A stretch of 64,000 nt of DNA from Dictyostelium discoideum (GCA_000004695.1 CM000154.2:128001-192000); one strand, 5' to 3'. Positions 9,312 to 25,588 are shown, counted from the first letter of the stretch. Program-made: numbers and translations. The notes: generated by a model from the sequence alone, not told the origin.

Positions 9312-12300
9312 ATGAGGAGCGAAGCACAAGTTCCTCCAGCACAAAAAGTTTATTATGAAGAACTTTTTCAAATTGCTGATGTGGACAAAGATGGAGTAAT
9401 TGGTTTAAACGATGCATCATTTTTTAGAAATTCAATGTTATCAAATGATATTTTAAGAGATGTAATTACTTTTTTTTAATTTATAATAATAAATAAGTAA
9501 ATAAAAAAAAATAAAAAAAACAAACCAATAGTTTTACTAAATTTTTTTTATTATTATTTTATTCATTAATAATTTTAGATTTGGCAATTATCAGATGTGA
9601 ATAATGGATATTTAAATATTGACGATTTTTTTGTAGCATTAAAATTAGTTTCATTGGCACAAATGGGAGCACCAGTTACTTTGGATAGTATTAAATTAAT
9701 ACCAGTTATTCCACCACCAAAATTAAATGATATTCCCCCATTAAAAAATGATGTAGGTTTTAATTCAAAAAAAAAAAAAAAAAAAAAAAAAAACCATTTA
9801 TAAACACTCATATTTCTAATAATAACATAATAATAATAATAATAATAATAATTAATAAAAGTGGATAATAAGTAATGGTGAAAAACAAAATTATATAGAT
9901 TTATTTAATAAATATGATGAGGATGGTGATGGATTTATTTTAGGATCACAAGCTAAAACTATATTTGGTACAAGTGGATTGCCAACAAAAATGTTGAGCC
10001 ATATTTGGAATTTATCAGATGTTAGTAAGGATCAAAAATTGGATTGTCAAGAGTTTATAATGGCAACATTTCTCATTAGATCAGTATTAAAAGGTTATGA
10101 ACTACCAAATAAATTACCAGAATCATTGATTACATCTTCACATTATATTAGTTCGGCTGGTGTACCATCACCAAAGATTCCAGAATGGTTAATACCACCA
10201 CCCGAGAGAATAATATATGAAGATTTATTCAATAAGAACCAACAGGGAGGTATATTCACAGGTTCTCAAGCAAAAGTTCTCTTTGAGAAATCTGGTCTCT
10301 CCAATCAAGATTTGAAATTGATTTGGGATTTAGCTGACCACAATCAAGAACAAGTTTTAGATAAACATAAATTTGTAATTGCAATGTTTTTAATCTCTCA
10401 AAGAAAAAAAGGTAAAGAATTACCTCAATCACTTCCTCAACTATTATTAGAATCTTCAAAGAGTACATTCAATCCTTCTTCAATAACTTCACCACCACCA
10501 CAATCTTCACCACAATCTTCTCAACTACAACAACAACCACCACAACAGCAACAACAAACTGGTGATTCAAAATATAATATAAATTTAAATGATTTAGTTT
10601 CAAATACCACACCAATTGGCCAACCAAATATACAACCAACTACTACTACTACTACAACACCTGCAACTGCTTCAGGTGGCTTGAATGTTAGTGGTTTACT
10701 TTCACCACCACCTCAACAGCAATCACCTTCAATTGTAGGTACACCACCTTCTACTATAACAAGAGAAGGATCATTTACATTTGATAATAGTGGTGGTGGT
10801 AATAATTTATTAGCAAAACCACCAAGAAGTAATAGTATTACACGTATGAATTCATTCCAACATCAATTACCACAACAACAACAACAACAAGTTTCACCAC
10901 AATCGACCATTTCAAATACTAGTATTGGTAGTGGTAGTAGTAGTTTCTTATCAACTAATGCTACAACATCATCACCACCACCAATACCATCAACATCTTC
11001 ACAACCAACTTCATCAAATAATAGTTCTATAACTAGTAATAATAACAATCCAATTAGTCCAACATCCACCAATATTACTCAATTATTTGAAAACATTGAA
11101 AAAGTTAAACAACAAGTATTTGAACAAGAGAGAATTAGACAAGAGGAAATTCAAGTTAAATTGAACCAAGAATTACAATTGGAAGCAGAGTTAAAACAAC
11201 AACTCGCACAAGAACAACAACAATTAGATGAGGTTAGGGAAAATGTAAAAGAAGAGGAAATCAAACTATCCTCTATTAAAGCTGATAATCAATCATTGAA
11301 AGAACAAATTTCAACCGCTAGAGTCGATATTAAATCATTAAAATCACAGTTGGAACAACAATCATCACTACTCAGAGAAAAGAGTGAATTGTTTGACGAA
11401 CAAAATGAAGCACTCTCACACTTGAATGATGATCTTAAAGAAAAACAACAAGAGTTACAAAAGAATAAACAACAAATCGAACAATTATTGTCATCAATTG
11501 AATCGATTAAACAAAATCGTACCGATGTAAAGAATCAAATTTCAACTGTAACCAAACAATTGAATGACTCTAAATTAGAATTAAAACAATTAGCTGAGGA
11601 ACAAAAACAACAAAAACAAAAATTAGCAGAAGAACAAAAACAATTACAACAATTACAACAACAACAACAACAACAAGCAACTTCAAAATCTTTAACCTCT
11701 GTTAAATCTGATGATAATATAACTTTCCTTAGTGGTATTAATACAAATACCACCTCTACAAACACAGCAACTTCAATTCCAACTGCAAGTGTAAGTGGAA
11801 ATGATAATTGGGACTTTTTTAATTCACCACCAGTTAAATCATCATCATCCTTACCAACTTCACCATTTGATGATGATAAAACTTTTGTACCAACATTTAC
11901 AACTACCACCACCACAACTAATAATAATAATAATAATAACACTATAAATACTAGTAATGGTAATTTAACATTTACATCACCAGTTAAATCAACTGTTAAT
12001 CAATTGAAATCATCAAATTCATCAGTTGGTGGAACAGGTGGTAGTGTTTCAACTAGAAAATTAAGTGGTGCAAGTGTCAGTAGTAACAATAGTTTCAATG
12101 ATAATACTAGTATAGATACATTAAATAATCATTTTGGTTCCGATCAATTTTCATTCAACTCATTTGGAAGTAATAATTTAACAGCACCACCAACAACCTC
12201 ATCTTCAACAAATAAAGTTCAATCAGATTTCTTTGGTGTCGGTGGAGGAAATAAAGATCCATTTGGTGGTGATTCAAATAATAATCCATTTGGTGAGGAA

Positions 12301-12604
12301 AGTACATCATCAATTAGGGATGGTGGTTCTGAAACTTTATCAGAAGCTCATACTCTCTTTGATAAAGATCCACTTTTTGAAACAAATGATGCATTTCAAT
12401 CCAGTAAAGATCCATTTGGTCAAATTTTATTCTCAAACTTTACAAAAGATTCATTTGGTGGTGAAAGTGTATCAAACAATAGTAATAATAGTAGTATAAT
12501 TTCTTCAAATACAATACCTTCATCAAATTTTACTTTTAATACAAATTCAACAACAACCAATAATCGCCAATCACCAATTGATTCTGATTTATTTAGTGAC
12601 AATC

Positions 12605-12672
<68 letters not shown>

Positions 12673-13128
12673 CCAACTCAGTCAAATCAAAATAATCAAA
12701 GTTTTACAAGTAATGATTCTTTTGATGATTTCCAAACTACACCAACACCAACCAATAACAACAACAACACTACAACAACAGAGTTTGGTGTAAAGTTTAG
12801 TGATACAACTTTTGGTGATAGTTCAAATGGTGATTTTGATTTTGGAAGTAATGTATTTGGTCAACCAAGTGCAAATGATCCATTTTCATCATCAATTGAA
12901 CCTCAACATCAACCTGATACAAACAATGTATCCTCTGATCCATTTAAAGGTGGTTTTGATGATTTTGGAAGTGCACCATTCTCTTTTGATAATAAATTCA
13001 ATGAAGTAGTTGGCGATGATTCACCATCATTAACAACAGCAACAACAACAACAACAAATGATAATGATAATGGCACTTTTGTTTTTAATGACAATAATAA
13101 TAATACACCTTCACCATTTGATTCTTAA
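9312..13128 (+). CDS. Eps15-like endocytic adaptor with three EH domains, a coiled coil, poly-Q and C-terminal DPF/NPF motifs; about 1196 aa, 3 exons
   Basis: Exons approximately 9312..9461, 9579..9752 and 9862..13128 (donors GTAATT and GTAGGT; acceptors ttttag and aaaag). EH domain 1 is YYEELFQIADVDKDGVIGLNDASFF...IWQLSDVNNGYLNIDDFFVALKLV. EH domain 2 is YIDLFNKYDEDGDGFILGSQAKTIF...IWNLSDVSKDQKLDCQEFIMATFLI. EH domain 3 is YEDLFNKNQQGGIFTGSQAKVLF...IWDLADHNQEQVLDKHKFVIAMFLI. A central coiled coil is rich in E, K and Q. The C-terminus carries DPFGG, DPFSS, DPFKG and NPFGEE motifs, which bind AP-2 and EH domains. Confidence 0.75.
12604..12672 (+). repeat. (CAA)n microsatellite encoding about 23 Gln inside the Eps15-like CDS
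   Basis: Uninterrupted CAA repeats; in-frame poly-Q. Confidence 0.9.
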
Positions 13129-13256
13129 GAATTATATTAAAAAAAAAAAAACATCAATTATTATTGTATTTTAAAAGTAAAAATAAATAAAAAAAATAAA
13201 AATAAAAATATTAAAAATAAAAGGAAAACTTAAAATAAATTTATTTAAATCTTTCT

Positions 13257-15280
13257 TTAAAGACCAATATAATATGATCTACCACCAACATTTTGAATTG
13301 GAGTAATTGTTGGTGATAATAAACACCATTCATACCAAACTTTACTCTTTGAAACATTTCTCCAAAATGCACATTTAGCTTTTATATTATTATTATTATT
13401 ATTATTTAAATTTCCATTTGAGAAATAAACTGGTTGTTTTAATGGGAAATAAATTGGAAACCAACTAAACATACCAGTTGAAAAATTACTTGGATTAATA
13501 CTTATATGAACATCTTTATATAGACAACAATCGAAATAACCAATGAAACCATGACAAGTGGTTGATGGAATTGTTAATTCAAATTCTAATGATTCATATC
13601 TAGAGTTATCAATGATTTCATCTCTATTTGGATGTGAGAATGTAAATAATGGTTTTGATTCTGCTAATTGATGGAAATTATGAGGTTTAACAACGTATGG
13701 TGTTTCTGAATGTTTTAAATCACCATAGGCAGTAACTTCATTAAAAAGTTTTGATGAACTAATTGGTGCAATATAAGAGGTATACCAAGTTGGAATACTA
13801 ATACCTGTATCTTTTTTTAAATATCTTTGTGCTCCATCTAAACATTCTGGACTTAATTCATTATCACCAAATGATCCTAATAATTCACTAACCATAATAT
13901 CTGCTCTATATTCTGTATTCCAATCTCTCATATCACTATCAATAACTGTAACAATTTCTTCCCATCCTTCCATTATAATTCTATTTCTTAATCTATTTAT
14001 TTAAAAAGAAATAATGATTAGATAATTTAATTTTTTTTTTTTTTTTTTTTTTTTTTTCAGTTTTTATTTAATATAGTAAATACTTACGTAACGATAGCGT
14101 TTGGATTTTTTTCAACAGCAAAAACTTTAACAAATTTATTAGCTTCAATTGAAGCTTGAATTGAAGAATTTACTAAAGGACCTCTACCAGCACCAACTAC
14201 CATAATAATGATTGGATCATCTTTTGAATCTTTTTTATCCAAATCCAATAAAGCCAATCTAACAGCATTTTGATATTGTTTATATTTGATTGGATCTTTT
14301 TCAAAGACTTCATAAGTTTGTGATTCTAAATTATCCATTAATGGTTGAAGTGGTGCTTGAAGGAAATCTAAATATGGCATTTCAAAGTATTCCTCTTGAG
14401 TTAATGGATTTTGATTTGTATGTAAAAATTTCAAATAGGTTTTGTAGTCTTTTAAAGTATCCATAGATGCACCACTAACAACAAATTGAATATTATAGTT
14501 GAATAGCTGTAAAAGAAATTGTTGATGTGCTTTTGATAATGTTGGAAAACCCGCTTTATTAGTTAAGAAAACTGATGTTGGTATAATTACACATTTCACT
14601 GGTTCACCTAACCATTGTTGTAATTGTTCTTTTGATGGTAAATCTGATGTCATCTCTAAAACTGCTGATAAATTTGGATGTTGATTACAAAGTAATCTAA
14701 AATTGTTCCACCATTCCCATGGATTATCATTATCAACTAAATTATTACCACTACCACCACTAGTATTATGATCTTGATAATAATCAAATTTATTCAATAA
14801 TTGTGATTTTGGTGAAACTAATGGTATTCTAATCCAAACTTTCATATAGGAAAGTGATTGGAGTGATTGATTTACAACTTGTGCATAATTTGTACTATTG
14901 AATGATGGTGTTGGTAAGAGAATTGATGGTAATGATAAATGTGCTGCCCATGATATCTCTTGTTTTAATGTTTTAACACTATTACTACGAATTGTTGGAT
15001 CAATTGAATCTAAATCTATACCATTGGTACTGGTTTTACCAACGATTGATGATCTCCAATAATTTGATTGTAATAATGTATCTGATCTTGTAAATGCTAC
15101 TTTGTTACTAAAACTATTACCAATTGATGCTTTGGTAAAATCACGATTAAATCTTGGATGTGAAATTGAGGTCATTATAAATTGATATTCCAAATCATAT
15201 GCACGCTCGATATCAAGTTGAATATCAACCGATTCTAATTCAACCCCACATGAAAATTCATATTGTGCACTATTTATCAT
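13257..15280 (-). CDS. prmt5: Protein arginine N-methyltransferase 5 (PRMT5/Skb1/JBP1 ortholog), about 642 aa, 2 exons
   Basis: Exons complement(14088..15280) and complement(13257..about 13992). The donor is GTAAGT at 14087. The acceptor is one of three in-frame AG sites at 13993, 13987 or 13981; the first gives the conserved TL of ...NAVVTLENW. The sequence is collinear with human PRMT5 throughout: [151 protein letters not shown]. Confidence 0.88.
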
Positions 15281-15312
15281 TTTTATCTAAAAAATTTAAA
15301 AATAAATAATTG

Positions 15313-15351
<39 letters not shown>

Positions 15352-15365
15352 ATGGGGCGAGCGAG

Positions 15366-15400
<35 letters not shown>

Positions 15401-15680
15401 GTCGTTTTGGAAAATGGTTGTTTAGGAGAAAGAAAAAAAAAAAAAGTGATTATTGGGTCATTACCATAAATATTTATGGTAATGGCACCCAGTCCAACTT
15501 TATTTGGTTTACAAATTTTTTTTTCTTTGTCATTTATTTTATTCTTTTAAAAAATTAAGTTAAATAAAAAATAATAAAAAAAAAAAAATAAAAAAAAGTT
15601 GAGGTAGTTTTACTGTTTAATAAATCCTTTTTTTTTTTTTTTTTTTTTTGAGTTACATATATATATTCTTTTTTTTTTTT

Positions 15681-16010
15681 TTAACAAGAGACTGAATGAT
15701 ATGGTAAAAGTGAAAAGATTGCACGTGGAGCAAAGTTTTGAGCTAATCTTGAAAAAATGGCAAATGCAAAGGCAGCAACAATTGCACCACCAAACATAGG
15801 CATACTTGATGATGTCATTGATGAACTTCCACTAGCTAAAAACAAAAATAAAAAAAATTATTGAATATTTTATTTTATTTCATTTTATTTAATTTAATTT
15901 TATTTAATTTTATTTTATTTAATTTTATTTTATTAATAAAACTTACCATATGTGAATGTTAAAAGACTAAGTAAAACTAATAAAGTGGCAAAGATGAAAT
16001 TTGATTGCAT
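15681..16010 (-). CDS. Hypothetical small secreted or membrane protein, about 72 aa, 2 exons. Not in the ORF track.
   Basis: Exon 1 is complement(15947..16010) and encodes MQSNFIFATLLVLLSLLTFTY plus one G (signal-peptide-like), followed by a GTAAGT donor. Exon 2 is complement(15681..15835) after a ttttag acceptor and encodes ASGSSSMTSSSMPMFGGAIVAAFAFAIFSRLAQNFAPRAIFSLLPYHSVSC. The Ala/Gly/Ser composition is clearly non-random against the AT-rich surroundings. Support is splice consensus plus coding composition only. Confidence 0.3.
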
Positions 16011-16606
16011 TGTAATTGTTATAGTGTTTGATAAAATTTAAAAATAAAAATTTAAACTGTTTTTTTATAAAATTTAAAAAATGAAAAAAAAAAAAAAAAA
16101 AAAAAAAAATTTAAAAAATTTAATCCAGTCGTTTCAAGAAAAAATGGAGAAAGATAGATGATGTGGATTATTGTCCTTTAAAAAATATTTTCTTTGAATT
16201 GTCGAATAATTTTAAATAAAAATTTGTCATCAAAAAAAATAAAAAAAAAATAAAAAAAACAAAATAATTATTATCAATTATTTAAAAATATAATATTAAA
16301 ATATAACATTTTTTTTTTTTTTTTTTTTCAATCAAAATTATGATTTTCCGTTAACCAATCAATTTCATTCGAAATTTAATTATTTGGACAAATTGATTAA
16401 GTTGGCAATTACTTTAAATGTTTCAATATTTAATTTGGACTTTACTAAAATAAAAAAAAGATTCCACTTTCAAAAAAAAATTAAAAATTAAAAATTAAAA
16501 ATTAAAAATTAAAATAAAATATATATAATTAAAACAATACCCCTTTTAAATTATTTTTTCAAACAAAACCCACACACTAATTACAACAATAGATTCATCG
16601 AAAAAG

Positions 16607-16645
<39 letters not shown>

Positions 16646-16714
16646 AAATTTTTTTTTTATTTGAAGTCTCATTTTAATTTTTCAAATTATTTTTTTTTAT
16701 TTTTTTATTAAAAA

Positions 16715-18939
16715 ATGACAATAGTTAGATCAATAGCAAATTCACAAATAATTTCAACACTAAGTAATCATAGTAATAAATTAGTATTAAATACATTTTT
16801 ACCACTATGCTATGGTTATAAAAAAAATTATTATTACCAAAATGCTAAAAAGTACTATTCAACCACCAATACAAATACACAATTTGTGAATGAAGAGGTA
16901 CCTGTTATTTATCTATTTATTTAATAATAATTTTATTATTATTTATTAACTTTTTATTTTATTTTATTTTATTTCATCTTATAAAGTTTAATAAAGCTAG
17001 AAAAATGATTGCAAAAGATTTACATAAGAAAACATTAGCATCAATGGAGAAAGCATATGGTATAATGACAGAATATGATAGAACTACATATAATAAATCA
17101 CCATTAGCATCATCATTAGGATCATTTAAAGATAGTATTGATCAATTAAAGGATAACTCATTTTTATTGGTAGTTGTTGGAGAATTCAATAGTGGTAAAT
17201 CATCATTTTTAAATGCATTATTAGGTGATAGATATTTGAAAGAAGGTATAACACCAACAACTCATAGAATCAATAGAATTGAATTTGGTGAAACGATATC
17301 ACAACATACGATTCCATCAAGATTAAGCAATACAGAACATGAAATCATTCAATTACCAGTGGAATGGTTAAAAGAGTTTTCATTAGTAGATACACCAGGT
17401 ACAAACGCAGTGATTGAAGGTCATCAAGAGATCACTGAACATTTCATACCAAAGAGTGATTTAGTATTATTTGTAACTTCAATCGATCGTGCATTCAGTG
17501 AAAGTGAAAAAATATTCTTAGAAAAAGTTAAAAAATGGGGTAAAAAGATCGTAGTAATCATTTCAAAGACTGATCTCATTGAAAATAATCCACTCTCTTC
17601 GAATGCACAATCTGAATTAAATGAAGTCATTAATTTTGTAAAAGATAATTTTAAATCACAATTAAATGTTGAACCAATGATTTTCCCATTAAGTTCAAAA
17701 TTAGCATTAAAAGCAAAATTAGAATTATCTTCATCAATTAATAATTTAAATAATAATTTAAATAATAATAATAATTCATCAAATATAAATTATAATAATT
17801 TACTATCATCAACATCAGTTGAACCAAATAATATCAATAATAATAATAAATATACACAAAAGTTTTATCAAGAATTAGAAAATAATATTAATTGGAAAAA
17901 GAGTAAATTTTTAGATTTAGAGAAATATATTTTACAATCATTGGATAGTAATGAACGTGTGAAATTAAAATTATTAAATCCATTGGGTGTTGCAGATAAA
18001 TTGTATTCAGAATTTGATGAAGAATATCGTTCTCAACAAAGTGTTTTAGATTTTGATTTTGAAAATATTAATTTAGCCGTGGCACAAATTAATGAACATC
18101 AAATCGATTTGAATAAGGATTTACGTCACCAATTGGAAAGAATTGATACTATACTCTTGAGAATGGAGAATAGAGCCAATACATTTTTAGATAATGAAAT
18201 TCAGTTTAGTAATCTTTTGAAATTGTTAAGAGGTGAAGAAATTAGAAACCAATTTGAAAAACACGTTATCGATGGCACCAATCAAGAGATTGAACAATTG
18301 GTTAGAAATTTAGTTGATAACATTGTCGATAAGAATACGAAAAGATGGAAATCGATCATTGATTTAATCAATCAGAAATCATCAAATAAATCTCAAAAAG
18401 TGGTTGGTTTCATTAGAGACACTCATGACTCTAGTGATTTCTCTTCGAATAGACAACAAACTATAAATGATATGGGTGAAAGAACCACTAAAACTTTATC
18501 ATCCTATGATAGAGATAACGAATCTTTATTGGTTAGTCGAGATATTAAAAATGCAATCTATCAAGCGATTCTATTCGAAGCTGGTACCGTTGGTGTTGCA
18601 ACCATCCTTTCAACAGCATTCTTTGATTTAACTGGTGTTTTAGGTATTGGTGCTTTAGCCATCACTGGTTTAGCTTGGGTACCATTTAAAAAAGCTCAAT
18701 TAAAACGTTCCATCTCTTCAAAGATTACAAATCTTCGTCTTCAATTACATGATACCATTCAAGATCATATTGGTGAAGAAATTAGGATTAGTTCAAATAA
18801 AATTCAATTAGGTATTCAACCTTATATCGATTTTACAAATAATGAAAGTAAAAAAATTAATGATTTATCAATTAAATTAGGTGAATGTAAAGATGAAAGA
18901 CAAACTTTAATTTATGATATTGAAAAATATTTTAAATAA
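16715..18939 (+). CDS. Dynamin-superfamily large GTPase (mitofusin/Fzo- or BDLP-like) with a C-terminal transmembrane hairpin; possible mitochondrial presequence exon
   Basis: The main exon 17005..18939 (644 aa) has G1 VVGEFNSGKSSFLNALLG, G3 DTPGT, G4 ISKTD, a long helical middle region, and two adjacent hydrophobic segments near the C-terminus (AGTVGVATILSTAFFDLTGVLGIGALAITGLAWVPF). A candidate 5' exon 16715..16897 encodes MTIVRSIANSQIISTLSNHSNKLVLNTFLPLCYGYKK..., which looks like a mitochondrial presequence. It joins in frame through a GTACCT donor and a ttataaag acceptor at 16986 (89-nt intron). The upstream-exon model is tentative. Confidence 0.6.
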
Positions 18940-19099
18940 ATAAATAATAAATAACAATAACAATAACAATAACAATAACAATAACAAAAACAATAACAAT
19001 AAATAAATATATATATATAATGTATAAATAAAATAATGAATAATTATTTATTTTTTTATTATTTTTTATTATTTATTTATTTATTAATTAATTTACTAT

Positions 19100-19337
19100 T
19101 TACATAAAATCATCATCATCAAAATCATCATAGTTTTGTAATTCATTTCCCATGTGAATCTTTTTTGGTGCAACCTTTGTTTTTGTTTTATTACCACCTT
19201 TACCAGATTTTTCATTCTTTAATTTTTCATTAATTAAAACTGTTAAAGTTTTTGAAATATCATTCATATCTGATGATGATACATTAACTAAAACTTTTTT
19301 CATTAATGATTTAAAGAAAGTAGCATAATGAATTGAT

Positions 19338-19368
<31 letters not shown>

Positions 19369-19856
19369 CAAAAAATAATAATTAGTACATATAATCATAA
19401 ATCTTTTTTTTTTAAAAAAAAAATTAATATATTAAATATTTAATATTTACATCATATTTTAATAAATAATCAGAAACGATTTGAGAATATTGTTCAAAAT
19501 CTTTTTCAGTTTTTGGAATAAAAGTTGAAATTGGTTCACCTGATGATGATTCTTTAACGGATAAACCAGAGAATAAATTTTTACTGTTTTCTAAATCAGA
19601 TGCTTCTTGTAATTCTTTCTTTCTTTTCTCTTCTAAATAAATATCAAAGTCACCTTGTGGTTCTTTTAATTCTTTTTCTTTTAATTCAATTGCTCTTTGC
19701 AATGCTTGTTTCTTTGTTAATTGTTTAACAACTGGTTTTGGTGGTTCTTTAATTTCTTCTTCAACTTTTTCTACTTCATCTTCTGATGATGCATCCCATG
19801 CATCAACTTCTTCAACTTCTCTATTTTCATTAATCCATTTATCTTTTTGAAGGTCA

Positions 19857-19890
<34 letters not shown>

Positions 19891-20019
19891 AATATTTATT
19901 AATAATCAAATCTTTTTTTTTTTTTTAAAAAGAAATAATAAATAATAATAAAAAAAAAAAAAAAAAATAGAAAAAAAAAAAAAAAACTATTTTTGTCATA
20001 ACTTACTCCAATCTGACAT
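19100..20019 (-). CDS. eif3J: Eukaryotic translation initiation factor 3 subunit J (eIF3j), about 219 aa, 3 exons including a 13-nt first exon
   Basis: Exons complement(20007..20019) ATGTCAGATTGGA with a GTAAGT donor, complement(19451..19857) and complement(19100..19339). The product is MSDWSDLQKDKWINENREVEEVDAWDASSEDE...KKQALQRAIELKEKELKE...LEEKRKKELQEASDLENSKNLFSGL...SSIHYATFFKSLMKKVLVNVSSSDMNDISKTLTVL...NYDDFDDDDFM. It is collinear with human EIF3J: N-terminal acidic W motifs, a central ...KRLEEPEE.LTPEEQLADKLRLKKLQEESDLELAKETFG stretch, and the C-terminal ...ITNSLTVL...YEDFM. Confidence 0.78.
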
Positions 20020-20114
20020 TTTCTATACGTTTTATTTCTATTTAAAAAAAAAAATTAATCAAAATTAAAGTTTTTTTTTTTTTTTTTTTTTTATAAAAAA
20101 CGATAAAAAAAAAC

Positions 20115-20152
<38 letters not shown>

Positions 20153-20218
20153 AATAAATTTTTTTTTTTATGCCAAAAGTTTTAAAACCAAAACACTCAA
20201 AACATATAAAACTTCAGA

Positions 20219-20494
20219 ATGAATAATAAAATTTTTGTCTCCCAATTACCATGGTCCGTTTGCAGAGAAGCACTCAAACAACATTTTTCAAAATATGGTT
20301 CAATCAATCATTCCTATGTTGTAGTCGATAAAGTTACTAAACGTTCAAGAGGTTTTGGTTTTGTCACTTTCGATCAATCAGACTCCGTTCAAAAGGCCAT
20401 GGAAGCTGAAAATGAAATGGGTGGTAGAAAATTAGTTGTCTCCTTTGCTCAAGAGAAAACCGAAAATAATCAACAAAAACCAACAGACAATTAA
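20219..20494 (+). CDS. Small RRM-domain RNA-binding protein, 91 aa
   Basis: RNP-2 IFVSQL and RNP-1 RGFGFVTF motifs at the correct spacing. Single exon with ATG start. Confidence 0.7.
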   Translation: MNNKIFVSQLPWSVCREALKQHFSKYGSINHSYVVVDKVTKRSRGFGFVTFDQSDSVQKAMEAENEMGGRKLVVSFAQEKTENNQQKPTDN

Positions 20495-20728
20495 AAAAAT
20501 AAAAAAAAAAGGAAAAATAAAAAATAATTTTAAAAAAAGCACCAAATATTTAAACTTTTTTTTTTTTTTATTATTTTTTTTTTAGTAAAATACCTTGAAA
20601 TTCCAAAAAAAAAAAATTTTAAATTTAATTTATAGACATAGCATCATTTATCATATCATAAATTAAATTCCCAAAAAAAAAAAAAAAAAAAAAAATCTTA
20701 TTTTAGTACTTTTTATTTTTTTTTAAAT

Positions 20729-21720
20729 TTAGTTAAAAATGAAATAACCAATGAAACCTGATAAAATACTTGTACAAAGACAAGATAAGAAATTGACTTG
20801 ATGATTATCTAAAATATTTGCGCCACTGATATGTTTGGTTTTTTCATTTGGTAATAATTTATCAACATTATTTATAACCACTTTTCTATCGATTGAAAAC
20901 AATGAGAGTTGTAATGTTGAACCCATTAATGAATCAATTAATGATCCTAATAAACCAGAGATAGTTGATAATAACAATATTGATATTATTTGTTGTTGTT
21001 GATGATAGAATGGTAAATTGAAAAAGTAACTTGATATATAAAACATTAAACCAATGAAAAAACCACCTGCAATACTCGCACCAATACCTAAAGGACTAAG
21101 TCCACCATTTGTACCTTTTGGTACTTTTTTAAAAGTTGTTATTAAAATTGGTTCACCCTTGCTTAGTATACCCAATTCACTTGCCCATGTATCGCCATTA
21201 CAACATGAATAATGTCTATTTTTATTTTTATTTTTATTTTTATTAAAAATTAATATTTTATTATTATTATAGTTTTTTATTTTATTTTTTTTTTATTTTT
21301 TTTTTATTTATTTATTTACCCTATAAAACAACATATAATAAAACTTGAAAAGAAGTCATTATTAAAATTAATTAAAGTATTTGAACTTTTTGAAAAGAAA
21401 TAAAAGATAGCAGCAAAAATTGTACCAGGTAAACTATTGGATAATACTTGTATATAATTTCTTTGACCACCTGCTGTATGACCATCTTCTATAGTTTTCT
21501 TTATTGATGATTTATATTTTGTAAGATAAGAAGATGAAAAATAAAATGATAATAATAAAGTTGCAAATGTTGATCCAAATATACAAGTTGATACACCAGT
21601 TAGCCATGCTGTTATTGTTCCTGATTGATTCAATGATTTCTTTCTATATCCATGAATTGCAAATAAAGTCACTATACCAATAATAGTTGGTAATTTATTC
21701 ATTAGTTCATTAGAACTCAT
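20729..21720 (-). CDS. TMEM19/DUF92-family integral membrane protein, about 295 aa, 2 exons
   Basis: Exons complement(21320..21720) and complement(20729..21215). The donor is GTAAAT and the acceptor aaaatag. Splicing creates the DUF92 signature ...CCNGDTWASELG (the CCxGDTxASExG motif). There are multiple TM helices and a Gly-rich segment GTNGGLSPLGIGASIAGGFFIG. Confidence 0.6.
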
Positions 21721-22254
21721 TCTTTTATTTTTATTTTTTTATTTATTTATTTATCTGTTTATTTATTTATTTAATTATTTATTATTTTTTTTTTTTTTTT
21801 GAGAATAGAAAAAATAAAAAAATAAAAAAAAGTTTTTTTTATAAAATTAATTAAAAAAATAAAAAAATAAAAAAAAAAAATAAAATTTTCAAATATTTTA
21901 AAATCTTAAAACCAAAAAAGATATATCTTTTGATTGGGGTGGGGGTCATAGTTGCCATTTGTTTTTTTATTTTTTTTATTAAGAATTAATTAATTTTTGT
22001 AAAAAATGGTTTATTTTTAAAATTTTTTAAAAAAATAAAAAACATTTGGAAAACCTCTCTGTTTAATCTTCATCTAATTATTTTAATTTGTTTTTTTTTT
22101 TTTTTTTTTTTGATAATTTACTTCATTTGATAAAGATTCGATATTTTAATATAAAATTTATTTATAACTAATTTTTGATTTTATTTTTTTTTTTTTTTTT
22201 AATTTTTAATTTCATTTTTTTTTTTTTTTTTTTTTTTTTTTCATTTTTTATTTT

Positions 22255-22287
<33 letters not shown>

Positions 22288-22446
22288 TGTGAATTATTAT
22301 TATTCATTGTTATACAGATAACAAAAGTTAAATAATATATAATATATATTATTAAAATAAAACCGAAAAATATATGTAAATTAAATAAAAACATACCAAC
22401 TTGTACAGATTTCATCTTTTAAACATAAATATTAATATAATATAAA

Positions 22447-25588
<3,142 letters not shown>

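Noticed and set aside
10256-13094. Minus-strand and alternative-frame ORFs inside the Eps15-like gene (10256..10468, 10863..11072, 11535..11942, 12233..12499, 12420..12602, 12578..12793, 12800..13009, 12909..13094)
   Set aside because: These are artefacts of CAA/AAT and other low-complexity repeats within a well-supported CDS.
15310-15558. ORF 15310..15558(+) encoding poly-Lys
   Set aside because: Read-through of poly(A) tracts in the PRMT5 promoter region. The short GC block gatggggcgagcgag is more likely a promoter element than coding.
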